A stretch of DNA of 38,908 bases from Scyliorhinus canicula (taxonomy: Eukaryota): positions 1 to 38,908 of the forward strand of contig NW_024055489.1 of NCBI RefSeq assembly GCF_902713615.1, read 5' to 3'. Position numbers and translations under genes: made by a program. The notes below the pieces were generated by a model. It made no database searches and had not been told where the DNA came from. It saw only the letters and a list, made by a program, of their open reading frames with translations. Position 1 is the stretch's first letter. The number at the start of each line of letters is the position of its first letter. Shown piece by piece: positions 10,811 through 24,875 of the stretch.

Positions 10811-10989
10811 AGGACGGTCTCTTTCCTAATATTTAAAATTAAAGGTGCGGATAACCCAGGAGAGGGCTACATTTCAGGGGACAGTAAATGGACAGGGATC
10901 ATCTCATGTTCTTATATGGTACAGATTAGATATATTAATTACAGTTCAGTAATAAAATTCATCATTATTTCTCCCCATGGAATATAAGA

Positions 10990-11420
10990 CTGTAGCTACG
11001 TTATAGATTTCCAGTCATCTCTTCCCTCAGAGGGTTGTCAGTCATTGGATTTCTCTTCCACAGGGACCAGTTGTATCTGGGGGTCATTGAATATATTGAA
11101 CCACAAGTTTGACAGATATTTTTTTGACAAAGGAGTTAAGGGTTATGGGGAACAGGTAGGAAAATAGAGAGAAAGCTGAGATGAGGAGGGATTTCTTCAC
11201 TCGAGGATGTGGTGAAGCTTTGGAATTCCCCAGAGGAATATGGAGCCTCAGCCATTAGGTATGTTCAAGACAAATATTGACAGGTTTCTAGATATTGAAG
11301 ATATCGAGGGATATGGGAATCGTGAGGGAAAATGGTGCTGAGGAAGATCGGCCAAGGATCTCATTGAATGGTGAGCAGACTCGGTGGGGCCGAATGGCCT
11401 ACTCTTGCTCCTATTTTAAT
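10990..11420 (+). mobile_element. CR1 3' end fragments
   Basis: gatttcttcactcgaggatgtggtgaagctttggaattcc...ggggccgaatggcctactcttgctcctatt, typical CR1 3' region. Confidence 0.7.
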
Positions 11421-11670
11421 CTCTGTGTCCTGGTCAGGAAGCAGTGAGCTGAGCTTGGATCTGTCAATCAACATGAATCAGCCCTTCAGGAGAATTGGGA
11501 GGGTGAATATTAGATACAGCAGAGTGAGAATGGAGGGAGATTGTGTCGGATGGAGATTTACAGCTTTAGAGAAGGAGAGAGGAAATTATATTCCATAAGG
11601 AACTAGAATTGTCTGTTCTGAATTCCTATCCTGTAATAACAAGTGATGACTTTTGTAAATTTTTTTTAAG

Positions 11671-12452
11671 GATATTAGAAGAGGAGGAATTATAGACAGA
11701 AATCTCAAACATCCCGTCTCGATGTGACAAACTCACTCGATTCCTTCTGACCTGAATATCATCGGGCTCTGAATATCATCAGCGAAGGAGGTTTGTTTTC
11801 GATCTGTCGGCTTCAAAGATTTGAAACATCAGTGTGACTGGAAACAGACAACACCACCTGAGTGAGAGTGTTCCAGTGAACTGTGGAAATAGCTTCAACC
11901 AGACACACGGCCTGGAAAAACATCACACCATTCACAGTGAGGAGAGACAGTGCACATGTTCTGTTGGTAGACAAGGCTTCTGCTGATTGTCCAACCTGGA
12001 GAGGACATGGAGAGATTGTCCAAAACATGGAGAAACCGTGGCAATGTGGGGAACTGCGAGAGGGGATTTAGGAGCCCCCATCTGTGCTGAAGACTCATTG
12101 ACACAGTTACACTGGGGAGAGGCCATTCACGCTGTTCTCAGTGTGGGAAGGAATTCACTCAGTTATCCAGTTCTGCAGACACACCAGTGAGTTCACACTG
12201 GGGAGAGACCATTCACCTCCTCCCTCTGTGAGAAGGGTATTCAGTGATTTATCCACCCAACAGACACACTAGTAAATTCACACTGGGAGAAGCCATTCAC
12301 CTGCTCTCATGTGGGAATGGATTTACAATTTATCCAGTGTTCAGACCCACCAGCGAATTCACCTGGGGGAGAGGCCATTCACCCTGCTGTCAGTGTGGGA
12401 AGGGATTCAACATTCTTCCAACCTTCGGAACCATCAGCGAGTTCACACTGGG
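11671..12452 (+). pseudogene. C2H2 ZNF pseudogene D
   Basis: Acceptor AG at 11669-11670, preceded by the conserved intron module (about 11440-11670). ATG GAG AAA CCG TGG (MEKPW) at 12027, then about 5 finger relics with frameshifts and stops. Confidence 0.88.
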
Positions 12453-12550
12453 TGATCAACCTCCAGGAATACATTTAATCAAAGTTGGCGAGGAGAGAAT
12501 GTTGTGAATTTCTATCCTAAACTGACAGTGAGATTTCTGTAAATTTACAG

Positions 12551-12750
12551 GACACTGGAAGTGGAGGTTAAACAGACGGGGAAAACGCAAACCAAACGTC
12601 ACATCGCGATCTGACAGAATCACTCGATTCATCAGAGCCTGAATTTCAGCGCATCTGGGTGTGGAAGGTAAAAGGTTTATCTGTTCTGTCTGTTGAGGGA
12701 AGATTCAGGTCGCCGGTATGACTGGAAAAGCCTCGAGATTCACAAACCCT
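12551..12750 (+). pseudogene. ZNF-family acceptor and leader stub
   Basis: gttgtgaatttctatcctaaactgacagtgagatttctgtaaatttacag|gacactgg (AG at 12549-12550); relic RFRSPV*LEKPRD; cut by CR1. Confidence 0.7.
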
Positions 12751-13800
12751 AGTTAGGCCAAACCTGAGAACTGTGTTCAGTTCTGGGCAACAAACCTGAG
12801 AAGGATAGAATGGCCGCGGAGGGAGTGTAGCACAGATTTACCTGAGGGATATCTGAACCCCAGGGGTTAAATTACAAAACTAGATTACACAACGGAGTCG
12901 GGATATTGATGGCACAGAGAATGGCATTCGGCCCATTGAATCCATGCTAGCTCTCTGGAGCAATCCAGTCAATGCCATCTCCTGCTCTATCCTGTATCCT
13001 CACAGGTTTTATTTCCCTCAGGTCTCTATCCAATTTCCTTTTGAAATCAATGATTCATGTATCTATTTTCAAACTCCCACATAGGCAGCAAGTTTCAGGT
13101 AATTGCCGCTCAGCTGTGTAAAAACATATCTCATATCTCCTCATATCTCCTGTACCTTTTACATACAAACTAGAACAGGCCACTCGGCCCTCGAGCCTAC
13201 TCAGCATTCAATAAGATTGCGGCTGATCTTATTCTAACCTCAACTCCACATTCCTGCCTCCCTGATGACCTTTCACCCCCTTGCTCATCAAGAATCTATC
13301 CAGCTCTGCGTTAAAAATATTCAAGGACTCTGCTTCCACTGCCTTTTTAAGGCGCGTCCAAAGTCTTACAACCACTCAAGAGAATAAAAAATCCTCATCT
13401 CCATCTAAAATGGGCGACTTTTCACAGTAACTTCATTGGAGCCTACTTGTGACAATAAGCATATTATTATTATGACTCCTATTTGCAAAACGATGCCCTC
13501 TTCTGATTCTCCCACAAGAGGAAACATCCTCTCCAATCCACTCTGTCAAGAACCCCTCAGGGTCTTATATCGTTCAATCCAGGCTTATTACCCAAAACTT
13601 TAATCTGTGTCCCGACTGCTTGTACGATCAGTGAATGGAAACAGAGTTTCTTTGTCCACGCCGATGGAAATCTGGCATAAGCTTGTGGTCCCTGAATCCA
13701 AATCTCCCCTCAACCTCCTTTGCTGGAACCATTGTGGTAAATCTCCTCTGCACCTTGTCCAAGAACCTTCACATCCTTCCTGAAGAGTGTGACCAGAGCT
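12750..13800. mobile_element. Mosaic of CR1 fragments on both strands
   Basis: ctgtgttcagttctgggc..aacctgagaaggata (plus); aggccactcggccctcgagcctactcagcattcaataagat and gattctcccacaagaggaaacatcc (minus). Confidence 0.65.
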
Positions 13801-13824
13801 TTATAAAGATTCATAAAATAGAAT

Positions 13825-14168
13825 TAGAACCATAGAATTCCTACAGTGCAGAAGGAGGCCATTCGGCCCAATCCAGTGCACTGATTCTCTGAAAGGGCAC
13901 CCTGCCTCGGCCCACACCCCTACCCTGTCCCTGTAACCAATAGCCCCACCTAACCTGCACAATCCCATGGACACTAAGGGGCAAATTTATCAAGGCCAAA
14001 GCCACCTAACTTTCCTTCTTTGGACTGTTAGAGGAATCCTGAGCACCGGGTGGAAACCCACGCAGACATTGGGGAGAAAGTGCAAACTCCACACACACAG
14101 TCACCAAGGGCCAGAATTGAACCCGGGTCTCTGGCGCCGTGAGGCAGCAGTGCTAATCACCGTGCCAC
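13825..14168 (-). mobile_element. HE1-like SINE
   Basis: Reverse complement of the HE1 body; begins catagaattcctacagtgcagaaggaggccattcggccc. Confidence 0.87.
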
Positions 14169-14305
14169 CAGAAGCATAATTTCTGTATCAATTACTGTTT
14201 ATGAAGCTGAAGATCGCATTTGCTTTGCAACTACTCTAAAATCCCACTTCACCTCTTTCTCTCCTCCCAAAGAGGCCAGTTGGGTTTTTATGACAATCCA
14301 GCAGT

Positions 14306-15083
14306 TTTTTTTTAATAAACAATTTTATTGAGGTAGGTTTTGGCTTTATAACAGTTACAGACATCATCAGAAAGAAAGGAAAAAAGGCAAAAATGTGCAA
14401 ACATCCATGTACTTCAATACTTCAATCATAACATATTGCACAAGCCCGCTCCTCTCCCACCGGTACTACCCGCCATATTTTCCCTCCTACTCTACTCTAC
14501 CCCCCACCCCCCTGCTGACGCTCACTCTCCCGCAAGAAGTCAATAAATGGTTGCCACCATCGGGCAAACCCCTGCACGGACCCCCTCAAGGCGAACTTAA
14601 TTTTCTCTATACCCAGGAAACTCGACATGTCCGCAAGCCACCACTCAGTCTTCGGGGGCTTTGAGTCCCCTCCACGCCAATAGTATTAGTCGCCGGGCTA
14701 TCAGGGAAGCAAAGGGCCAACACATCGGCCTCTTTCTCCCCCTGGACCCCCGGGTCCTCCGAAACCCCAAAAATTGCCACCCCTGGACTCATCACCACCC
14801 TTGTTTTAGCACCTGGGACATGACCCCCTCAAAATCGCTCCCAGTACCCCCTCAGCTTAGGGCATGCCCAAAAACATGTGCACGTGGTTCGCTGGTCCTC
14901 CCGTGCACCTAGCGCATTTGTCCTCTATCCCGAAGAATTTGCTCATCCGAGCCACCGTCATATGGGCCCGGGTGAACGACCCTTAAATTGGATCAGCCCG
15001 AGCCTAGCACATGTCGCTGTCGAATTTAGCCTACTCAGGGCCTCTGCCCACAGCCCATCCTCCATTTCCCCGCCTAGTTCCTC
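14306..15083 (-). mobile_element. 5'-truncated L1-like element with 14-bp TSD
   Basis: TSD gacaatccagcagt at 14292-14305 and 15084-15097; poly-T at the left end. The minus strand encodes ORF2 C-terminal-like text (CFWACPKL...VVMSPGVAIFGVSED). Confidence 0.85.
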
Positions 15084-15303
15084 GACAATCCAGCAGTCTT
15101 CATGGTCACTTTTCTTTGATTCAGATTAGGTTCAGATTCCAGCATCCGCAGTAACTTGCATTTATCCAGCATTTTCTCTTTCACTTTTCTTAGTGTTGGC
15201 CCCACAAATGGCCAGATTCATTCAGCTCAATTTCACAATCTGCCTTTGTGTTTTGTGGGTTCTGTCTCACTCCCTATTTTCTGTTTTCAAATCAGTTTCA
15301 CAG

Positions 15304-16435
<1,132 letters not shown>

Positions 16436-16639
16436 CCACAGTGATTGGGGTTTTGCTGTTCCTCACATTCAGGACTGAACCATGTTCATTTGGGTCTCTT
16501 TCTGCTGATAACAAACTCCAGCCCATTTACAGGGCTAATATTCTGGCTAAAAGTCAAATAAATTAGATTTGTGTGAAATACGCAGTGTGTTGAAACTTTT
16601 TAATATCTCTGACACAAGTTAGTTCCTTTTGAAGTACTC

Positions 16640-16875
16640 TCGCTCTCCCCTGTCTCTTCCATCCTCACCTCCAACAAGAAGTGAGGAGCTTGTGGAGCTT
16701 CTTTGTGACTGAGATTGAGTCAATCCGATCAGCTGCCTCTGCTGCTTCCCTCCCTTCCACAATCCCACCGGACCAAACTGTCTCTAAATTTCATCCTTTC
16801 CCGAGCCCTGAACCCACATCTTTCTCCAGTTTCTCTCCCATCTCACCTTATGCCCTCTCAGAGCTCATCTTGTCC
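16640..16875 (+). mobile_element. L2/CR1-clade ORF2 fragment
   Basis: FFVTEIESIRS...FSSFSPISPYALSELILS resembles the endonuclease-RT tether of L2-type elements. Confidence 0.55.
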
Positions 16876-17157
16876 ATTATCGAGGGACAACACTACCTGC
16901 TCGAGACAGACAGACAACTAAACAACATGAATCACAACACCAAGCTACCTGGATCCATATACCCGAGACAGGAAGGAGCATTGGAGACGGACTGGAAGAA
17001 CATAAAGACTCCAGACACATTATCCAAAAAAACAAAGTACAACAGATAGAACCAAGGAAGTTCTGTCTGCTCCCTAAAACACCCAAACACATAGACTGTA
17101 CCAGGGAAATACCCCCAGAGAGACCCATCAGATCAGACTGTGAGAGCAAAGTCCGAC

Positions 17158-17410
17158 AGAATCATAGAATTTACAGGCCCATCAAGCCTGCATGGCCCTT
17201 GGAAAGAGCACCCTAATTAAGTCCGTACCTCCACCCTATCCCAGTAACCCCACCTAACCTTTTTTTTGGACACTAAGGGGCAATTTAGCACAGCCAATCC
17301 ACCAAACCTGTACATCTTTGGATGGTGGGAGAAAACTGGAACACAACGGAGGGAACCCACGCAGACTCAGTGTGCAAACTAGACTCTGAATTGAACACAG
17401 ATGCCAAATA
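17158..17410 (-). mobile_element. HE1-like SINE
   Basis: cagaatcatagaattt...ggacactaaggggcaatttagcacagccaatccacc. Confidence 0.8.
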
Positions 17411-17489
17411 CAAAATGCTGCCAAGAGTTGATCCGGTTCTCCAAACATTCTCATTGGTCAACACCTCTCAGTCAGAAAATGAGGTTGTG

Positions 17490-17765
17490 GAAACCGCGCA
17501 CACGTGGCCAATGGGAAGAACTCAAAATGATGCAGAGTCTCAGCCAATGAGGGAGATCCAGGATCAGCCCCGCCCCTCATTCACTCCGATTGGTTGGACA
17601 ACCGGACGCTCCCACTCATTTCTCCAGTCCCATCCCCTCTTCCTTTTGGCCTGGAGCTGCCTTCAATCACTCCCGGGCATTGTGATCCGGAGCATGCACA
17701 GTGTGGCTGCTGGACATGGATTTCAGCCCTTATTTGTCCCGGAGAAGCGGAGTCAGCGTCAGGCG
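17490..17765 (+). promoter_or_regulatory. Promoter-like island F and putative non-coding first exon of ZNF G
   Basis: GGCCAAT at about 17507, AGCCAAT at about 17542, GC box ccccgcccc, reverse CCAAT (gattgg), E-box cacgtg; candidate donor CG|GTGGGT at 17766. Confidence 0.55.
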
Positions 17766-18463
17766 GTGGGTGGGAGGATTTGGAAACACTTTGTGGATCC
17801 GCAAACCCGTCACCATCATTGTCAGCTCCCTGGTTTGCAGCTGCGGAGCTTCTCCCTCCCTCCCGGGAACAGGCCCAGGTTAACGGGCACCATCCTGCTT
17901 CACACACTGGAGGGTGGTTCACATCACAGGATGGGGGAGGGGGATAATAAATAAGAGCTTGGGGGGGGGGGATTAATTGATTTGATTCTCACTTTTCACA
18001 AAGTGGTTTGAGAACTGAACCCAGCCAGAGGGGAGGGAGGGGGTAAACTGGAAGGAAAGGCATTGTGAAGGTGGTGTGCAGGGTTTGCCAGGCTGACCAA
18101 CTCTCATGGTGAAAATTAAGTCACAGCCTGCACTGAAAGGCCGGCGTTCTGCCAGAGCTGGGACCAGGCCACCTGGGGTAAGTCTTTGTGTTTCTGGAAC
18201 ACATAAACAGTCAGGACCATGGTTCTGTGCATTGAGAAAGGTCCAATTTGTATGACAGACAATATCCAGGCAGCATGCAGCTATTCCAGTAAATATGGGA
18301 CTGTTAGTCACTGTGGGATTTGCATCCACCCGGGAGGCAAGAGAGTGCTTGGGATTAGGATTCACTGCTTTACAGGTACAAATGTGGAAAATATTCTTCA
18401 TGGAAAATAGAACTGTACGTTTAGAATTTCTCTTCTCTAAAGTTTTGTAAACTCCTTTTCCAG

Positions 18464-19394
18464 GGCATTAGACTTGGATTTACAAACAGGAACTCCAACT
18501 GCATGGTCAGACAGTCACTGACTCACCACAGCCTGAATATCATCAATCATTGAATTTGGAAGAAGAAATGTTTGTGTTCTGTCTGTGTGACACCATTTAA
18601 AACATCTGTGTGACTGGAAAAGCATCAGGACACACACTGGAATGTGAGGTTCCAGTATACTCAATGTACAAAGAGCTTTAACCAGTTAAACAGCCTGTTA
18701 TATTCATCACACGATTCGCAGTGGGGAAAAAAGCGTACTCGTGTTCTGTGTGTGTGGACAAAGCTTCAACTGATTGTCCAAACTGGAAAGATGCAGGGAA
18801 ACTAGAATCATGGAGAAACTGGAAATGTGAGGACTGTGGTAAAGGATTCAATTCTTCATCCCGGCTGGAAATCCATCGACGCATTCACACTGAGGAAAGG
18901 CCGTTCCTCTGTTCTGTGTGTGAGAGGAGATTCACTCAGTTTTCTGCCCTTCGGTTACACCAGCGAGTTCACACTGAGGAAAAGCCATTCAGCTGCACAA
19001 CCTGTGAAGAGAAATTCAAGTCCTTATCCATGTTCACTGAACACCAGCGAATTCACACGGGTCAGAAACCATTCATTTCCTTTGTGTGTGGGGAAGGATT
19101 CACTCAGATATTCACCCTCCAGTCACATCACCAAATGCATTTGGAGGATCCATTCGGGTGCACCACCTGTGGAGAGGGTTTCAGTCAGTCAGCTGACCTC
19201 AGTGAGCACCAACGCACTCACACTGGGGAGAAGCCGTTCACGCTCCGTGTGTGGGAAGCGATTCCTTTGGTCATCCCAATTGCTGACACATCAGTGGGAT
19301 CACACCGGGGGGGAGACGGTTCACCTGCTCCTTGTGTGGAGTGGGATTCACTCGGTCACAGCACCTGCTGAGACGCCAGCGAGTTCACAAGTGA
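18464..19394 (+). pseudogene. C2H2 ZNF pseudogene G (about 7 fingers)
   Basis: Acceptor AG at 18462-18463. The family ATG (18810) is out of frame with the fingers (ATG GAG AAA CTG GAA ATG TGA). One finger lacks its first Cys and there is a frameshift near 19245. Ends HK* at 19394. Confidence 0.85.
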
Positions 19395-19865
19395 CTGCAG
19401 GGAATGGAATCCGCTGTTTTGCTGCTGCTAATCACATCCAGGATTGATCGTCTGACAATATCCGGTTTGATTCTGCTGATGTTAACAATCCTCATAACTG
19501 GCAACAGTTTAATATTCTGAAGATGTCACTAGTTTTCGGGGCTGCAATGGCTCTTTTTAAAAGCACCAGCTGTGATCTTACGACTGAAATCAAGAACTCT
19601 CACCAGGAACATCTTTACAGTAAAATACTGAACTTGTACTTCAATCCTAAATTGATCCTTGATGCAAATCAGTGTCTGAAAGCTTCTACTGATCAACATC
19701 TCCAATTAGAAAGTGCAAATTAATCCTTCCTGACAATTCTTACTGACTTCTTCAGTGTTATGCCCATTAGGAAATTAAATTGTGAAGAAAGCAAAACAAA
19801 ACGGGTGAAATTATACAGGCACTGTGAAAACGTACATAAACACTGAACATCAACATTGTTATTGG

Positions 19866-20090
19866 TAGGGCAGCATGTGGCGCAGTGGTTAGCACTGGGA
19901 CTGCGGCGCTGAGGACCCGGGTTCGAATCCCGGCCCTGGGTCACTGTCCGTGTGGAGTTTGCACATTCTCCCCATGTCTGCATGGGTCTCACCCACACAG
20001 CCCAAAGATGTGCAGGTTAGGTGGATTGGCCACGCTAAATTGCCACTTAATTGGAAAAAAATAATTGGCTACTCTAAATTTATTTAAAAA
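19866..20090 (+). mobile_element. Short HE1-related SINE
   Basis: gggcagcatgtggcgcagtggttagcactgggactgcggcgctgaggacccgggttcgaatcc head. Confidence 0.88.
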
Positions 20091-20329
20091 AACATTGTTA
20101 TTGGTGAAGTTTGAAAGTTGCTGAGTTGAATCATTTCTGACACAGCAGCAGCAACATTTGGTAAAGGTGGAACCCACAACAAAGACTGATTTGAGAGCCA
20201 CTCAGCAGAGATGACATCTGTCATTGACGCAAAAAGCAAAGCCGACCTGATGTACACCATAAACCTAACTATGAGAACACTACATCATGTGAAAGCCAAG
20301 ACAGTTGTGTAAAAATCAGGATGACACTC

Positions 20330-21000
20330 TGCAGATAAACATTGGATCAGCCTATGTCAATGATTCCAGACTGCCTGTGACAATGGAAATCTCTGTATGA
20401 TGAGATCAAGAGGGCACTTCATCCGACCATCACCAAAGTTCCCTGGCTGAAATTGGAGCTGGTGACGTTCTTACCAACAGATGTAAACAGATATCCCGCT
20501 GGGTTGAACCCGACTGTGAGCTGAACTCCTGTGAGACAGACATTTCCCAGTCTCTGTTTGACTCTCCTGCAGCTTCCTGTCATGGTTGAGTTGGACAAGG
20601 AACCCTCATCATTTGAGTTGTAAAGGGCCATTGATTGCTGAGCAAGCAGAAAGGTGCCCGGCAAGGATGGAATTCCAGCTGAACTGCTCACACAGAAAGT
20701 CCCATGACTGTCACACCTTCCTGCCCTCCCCTTTTGGGCTGTGAGACTGGTCCATGGAACATGTGTGATGCAATAAAAACAGCAGTGACAGAGGAGACAG
20801 CATCAACTACAGGGACATCTCACTCCTTAGAGTCAGGGGAAGACCTTCACTTGGGTGATGTTTAAAAGATTCATCTCCTTAAAGACTGGGTGTATCCAGA
20901 AGCACAGTGCGGTTTCTGTGCTGTCAGATCTACAGTGAACATGATCTTCCCCACACACCAGCTACAAGAGAAGTGAACAATTGGGATTTGATCTAAAGTG
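20330..21000 (+). mobile_element. RTE-clade LINE reverse transcriptase fragment (degenerate)
   Basis: Motifs read across frameshifts: KVPGKDGIPAELL; NYRDISLL; VYPEAQCGF...RSTVNMIF...QLQEK. Confidence 0.75.
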
Positions 21001-21129
21001 CCAGTGCTGAGAAAGTGAAATGTTCTAATTACTGAGTGAAAGTAAACCTTTCAGTGTGAATCACAATTTACTGGTACAATTGGAAAAGGCACCAAAATGT
21101 TCGATTCCCTGAAGATAAACTCCGGCCTT

Positions 21130-21650
21130 ACATAGAAACATAGGGAATAGAAGCAGGAGGAAGCAATTCGCCCCTACCAGCCTATTCCACCATTCATTAT
21201 GATCATGGCTGATCATTCAACTCAGTAACCTGTTCCCCGCATTCCCTCCAGTCTTTGATCCCTTTTACCCTGAGAGATGGATCTAACTGCTTGTTGAAAC
21301 CATACAATGTTTTATCCTCAACTACTTCCTGCAGTAACAAATTCCATTGGCTCACCTTTCTGGATGAAGAAATTTCTCCTCATCTCAATTCTAAATGGTC
21401 TGCCCCCTATCCTCAGACTATGATGCTGGACTCTTTCCCCCTCCCCCCCCTCCACCATCAGGAACATCCTTCCCACATCTACCCTTTCCAGTACTGTTAG
21501 AATTTTATAGGCTTCCATGAGATTCCTCTCCTGAGCTCCAGCGACATAATCCTAACTGGCTCAATCTCTCATCATACGTCAGTCCGTCAGCCCAGGAATC
21601 AGTCTGGTAAACCTTCACTGCATTCACTCTATAGCAAGAACATCCTTCCT
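21130..21650 (-). mobile_element. CR1 3' end
   Basis: catagaaacatagggaatagaagcaggaggaagcaattcg... tail; minus-strand text RPFRIEMRRNFFIQ. Confidence 0.8.
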
Positions 21651-22059
21651 CACTCTGCCAGCAGGGTTGTGGGATTAATTGGATGGATCTTGCAAAGATT
21701 CAGTACAGGTATAATGGGCTGAATGACTTTTATTGGTGCAGTTTTATTCTGTAAAACAGTGAATATTCAGAATGGATGGAGGAGAAGGAAAGAGAGAAGA
21801 ACCTGTGACTGTGATTGAATCCAGTCAGAGTCAGCAACCTCGGTGGAGGGATGAGAGAGAGGAAATAGTACAAAAGCTTTTAAAACTCTGCACGGTCACA
21901 CAGGAGAACTTTGAGAAATGGAGCATAGCAGATTACCAATTCACAATTTTACATTTTTAGATTAATTTATCTCAAATGGTAACCAAGTTATATTGTATTA
22001 ACTGTGATGTTGCAATGGTGTGGATATTACCCAGCAACCCCCTTGATGTGAATGTGCTC

Positions 22060-22345
22060 GATTCACTGCACATGCGCAGAGATCTTTGTGGAGCATACGC
22101 AGTGTCACTTTGCTCACTTAGGTCTGAGTGCGGGAGCGGTTGTTTGGGGGGTGAGTCGGTGGGGCGGAGGGAGGAATGGAGCCGGGAGTGGGAAGGGTGA
22201 GGAGGCTTCATAAACGCCCGGTGAAGGCCCACGGCCGGAATAAAACCTTTCAGGTCCCGAGTTTGCAGCTGCGGGGCTTTTATCCGGATCAGGCCCAGTT
22301 CCAACGCCGCCATCTTCGTTCAGCGGGGAGCAGAGCGCATGCGCG
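22060..22345. promoter_or_regulatory. GC-rich, possibly bidirectional promoter island H
   Basis: NRF1-like tgcacatgcgcag; YY1 motif GCCGCCATCTT at 22306-22316; NRF1 GCGCATGCGC at 22335-22344; plus-strand donor GG|GTGAGT at 22151. Confidence 0.6.
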
Positions 22346-22364
22346 GCCATCCTGGCCTCTTTGA

Positions 22365-22612
22365 TCAGAGAATCCCTGAGTGCAGAATGAAGCCATTCGG
22401 CCCATCAAGACTGCACCTTCCCTTCGAAAGACCCTTCCTGGGCCCACTCTTCACCCTATCCCCACCTGACCTGTGGAAGAAAACAAGAGCACCAGAGGAA
22501 ACCCACACAGACACGGGGAGAATGTGCAAACTCCGCACAATCACCCAAGGCCGGAATTGAACCCTGGTCGTGGTGCTGTGAGGCAGCAGTGCAAACCATT
22601 CTGCCACCATGC
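22365..22612 (-). mobile_element. HE1-like SINE
   Basis: gaggaaacccacacagacacggggagaatgtgcaaactccgcac...ccaccatgcc. Confidence 0.82.
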
Positions 22613-24069
22613 CGGGGTTCCAGTAGCCAGGAGATAAAATGTATGACTCATTGATTGAAAGGTCTGGTTTACAGCCACCCTCTTTCGAGGGGGAAAGGTG
22701 CTGCAGGGCACACCTTAATAATAAGCACATTTTTTATTGTCACAAGTAGGTGTACATTAACACTGCAATGAAGTTACTGTGAAAATCCCGAGCCGCCACA
22801 CTCCAGAAGATTTGAAGACTGCAATTTTTCTCTGATTCCAGTGCTGCTGAATTCTCCAGCTGCAGCTCCAACAGCAGTGTTTAAATTTAACAAGTGAAAT
22901 AGTTCCAGAGGTGAGTATTATTGAGCATTCATCTGTAATTTAGACTTTTTAGTGTGTTTTGTTATCTGTGCTCTGGTTCCAGGGCTCTGGGGCAGGTTTG
23001 CTACCTTCACTGTGGATCTGAATCCATGTTCACCCATTGCTCTGTTTCAGCTCTGCCCTCCCTCATCACCTCTCTGCCATTGTCTGATGTCTTCTGCCTC
23101 TAATAGTGGATTTATTTTAACCATGTTTGGTATTTTACTGTTATTTCTTCCAATGTGCCTGAATGAAGATTTAACTGCTGCCCATCCTTGGCTATGTGCT
23201 GCTGATTTACCATCTTTATTTTCCCATGGTCAGGAATTTTTTCCAGCATCAGAGATCATTTTCCTTCTGCTCATCAGCTGATATTAACCATCAAATTCTG
23301 CTCCATATTTATTCCTGCAATTGAAGATTTGAGATTACTATCAGACCAGCCATGATCTTACTAAATGGTGGAGCAGACTTGAGGGGCTGAATGGCGACTC
23401 CTGCTCCTTGTTCATATGTTTATTTATTCTGTCACCCGGAGATGTTAACTCTGTTTCTCTTGCCACAGTACTTGCTGATATGATGAGTATTTTCAGTATT
23501 TGCTCTTTTATTTCAGATTTTCAGTAACCACAGTATTTTGCTCTTATTCTGTTACAGGCGTTTCTCACGGAACCGAGTCTAGAAGCAGAGATAGACCAAT
23601 TAAGAACTGATTTGCATTGGGGAGGGTTGGTTGTGGAGGTTAGTCTCTGGCCTCCAATTACAGTCCTTTGTCGCAGAATCATTGAATGATTACAATATAG
23701 ATGGAGGCCATTCAGCCCATCATACCCATGCTGCCTCATCCCATTCCCCTGTCCTTCACTTCCTTGCAGCATTTTTTCTTTCCAAGGTTTGTCCAATTCC
23801 CATTGGTTTGTTGTGTCAGTTTGGCTGGAATGGAGATGCAGGAGAAGCTGCGGTTTAACCCTGAGGACTTTGTAACCCAGTATTGAGCAATCATTTCAGA
23901 TGTGAAGTTGTCAAGGGAGGTACGGGGAACGGCACTAAGTCATCCACATTTGGAGAGCCGGTGCAGACACAATGGGCCTTCTGCACCCTAGCAATTCAGT
24001 GATTGAGTGATCGAGACTAGTTTGCTCTGAGGTCAGCAGACTTAAGAAACTGTCCCAAAAACACCCTCT

Positions 24070-24285
24070 GTGTGGGACGGTGTTGCAGTGGTTAGCACTG
24101 CTGTTGCACGGCACTGAGAACCCGGGTTTGATCTCAGCCCCGGCTCCCTGTCCGTGTGGAGATTGCACATTTTCCCCGTGTCTGCATGGGTTTCACACCA
24201 ACAACCCAAAGATGCGCAAGATTGGTCATGCTAAATTTTCCCTTAATTGGAAAAAAATAATTGGGTACTCTAAATTTAAAAATCA
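24070..24285 (+). mobile_element. Short HE1-related SINE
   Basis: gggacggtgttgcagtggttagcactgctg head; tail aattggaaaaaaataattgggtactctaaattt. Confidence 0.85.
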
Positions 24286-24552
24286 AATGAGCTCATCTGC
24301 CTGTTTACCTTTACCAATCTGATTAGCACAACCTGTATGTAGATTAAAATCGCATGATTATTGCAGTACTTTTCTCACAAGCCATTGTTCCTCCCTGTAT
24401 TCTCCGCCCTACAGTGTGGTTACTGTTCGAGGGGCCTAGAAACGAATCCCACAGGTGACTTCCTACGTTTATCATTTCTTATCAATATCCAACCTTATTG
24501 TGCATCTTGATATCCAGAACTAAGGTCAACTCTCTCTATTGTACTAATGACA

Positions 24553-24875
24553 GCACGGTAGCATTGTGGATAGCACAATCGCTTCACAGCTCCAGGGTCC
24601 CTGGTTCGATTCCGGCTTGGGTCACTGTCTGTGCGGAGTCTGCACATCCTCCCCGTGTGTGCGTGGGTTTCCTCCGGGTGCTCCGGTTTCCTCCCAGAGT
24701 CCAAAGATGTGCAGGTTAGGTGGATTGGCCACGCTAAATTGCCCTTAGTGTTGGGTGGGGTTACTGGGTTATGGGGATAGGGTGGAGGTGTTAACCTTGG
24801 GTAGGGTGCTCTTTCCGGGAGTTGGTGCAGACTCGATGGGCCGAATGGCCTCCTTCTGCACTGTAAATTCTATCT
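24553..24875 (+). mobile_element. Near full-length HE1-like SINE
   Basis: cagcacggtagcattgtggatagcacaatcgcttcacagctccagggtccc ... ctgcactgtaaattctatctatc. Confidence 0.92.

Noticed and set aside
5804-11879. Selenocysteine hypothesis for the TGA replacing a finger Cys (FQ*TDC)
   Set aside because: The codon is TAT in copy G, the leader has other stops and frameshifts, and I could not fold a convincing SECIS in the 3' UTRs.
23430-23540. Second possible hammerhead in a Penelope-like terminal fragment
   Set aside because: The CUGANGA and GAAA cores are not present; only the downstream tail is recognisable.
19662-23617. Octamer motifs ATGCAAAT (19662) and ATTTGCAT (23610)
   Set aside because: Isolated, far from any V gene, and expected by chance in 39 kb.
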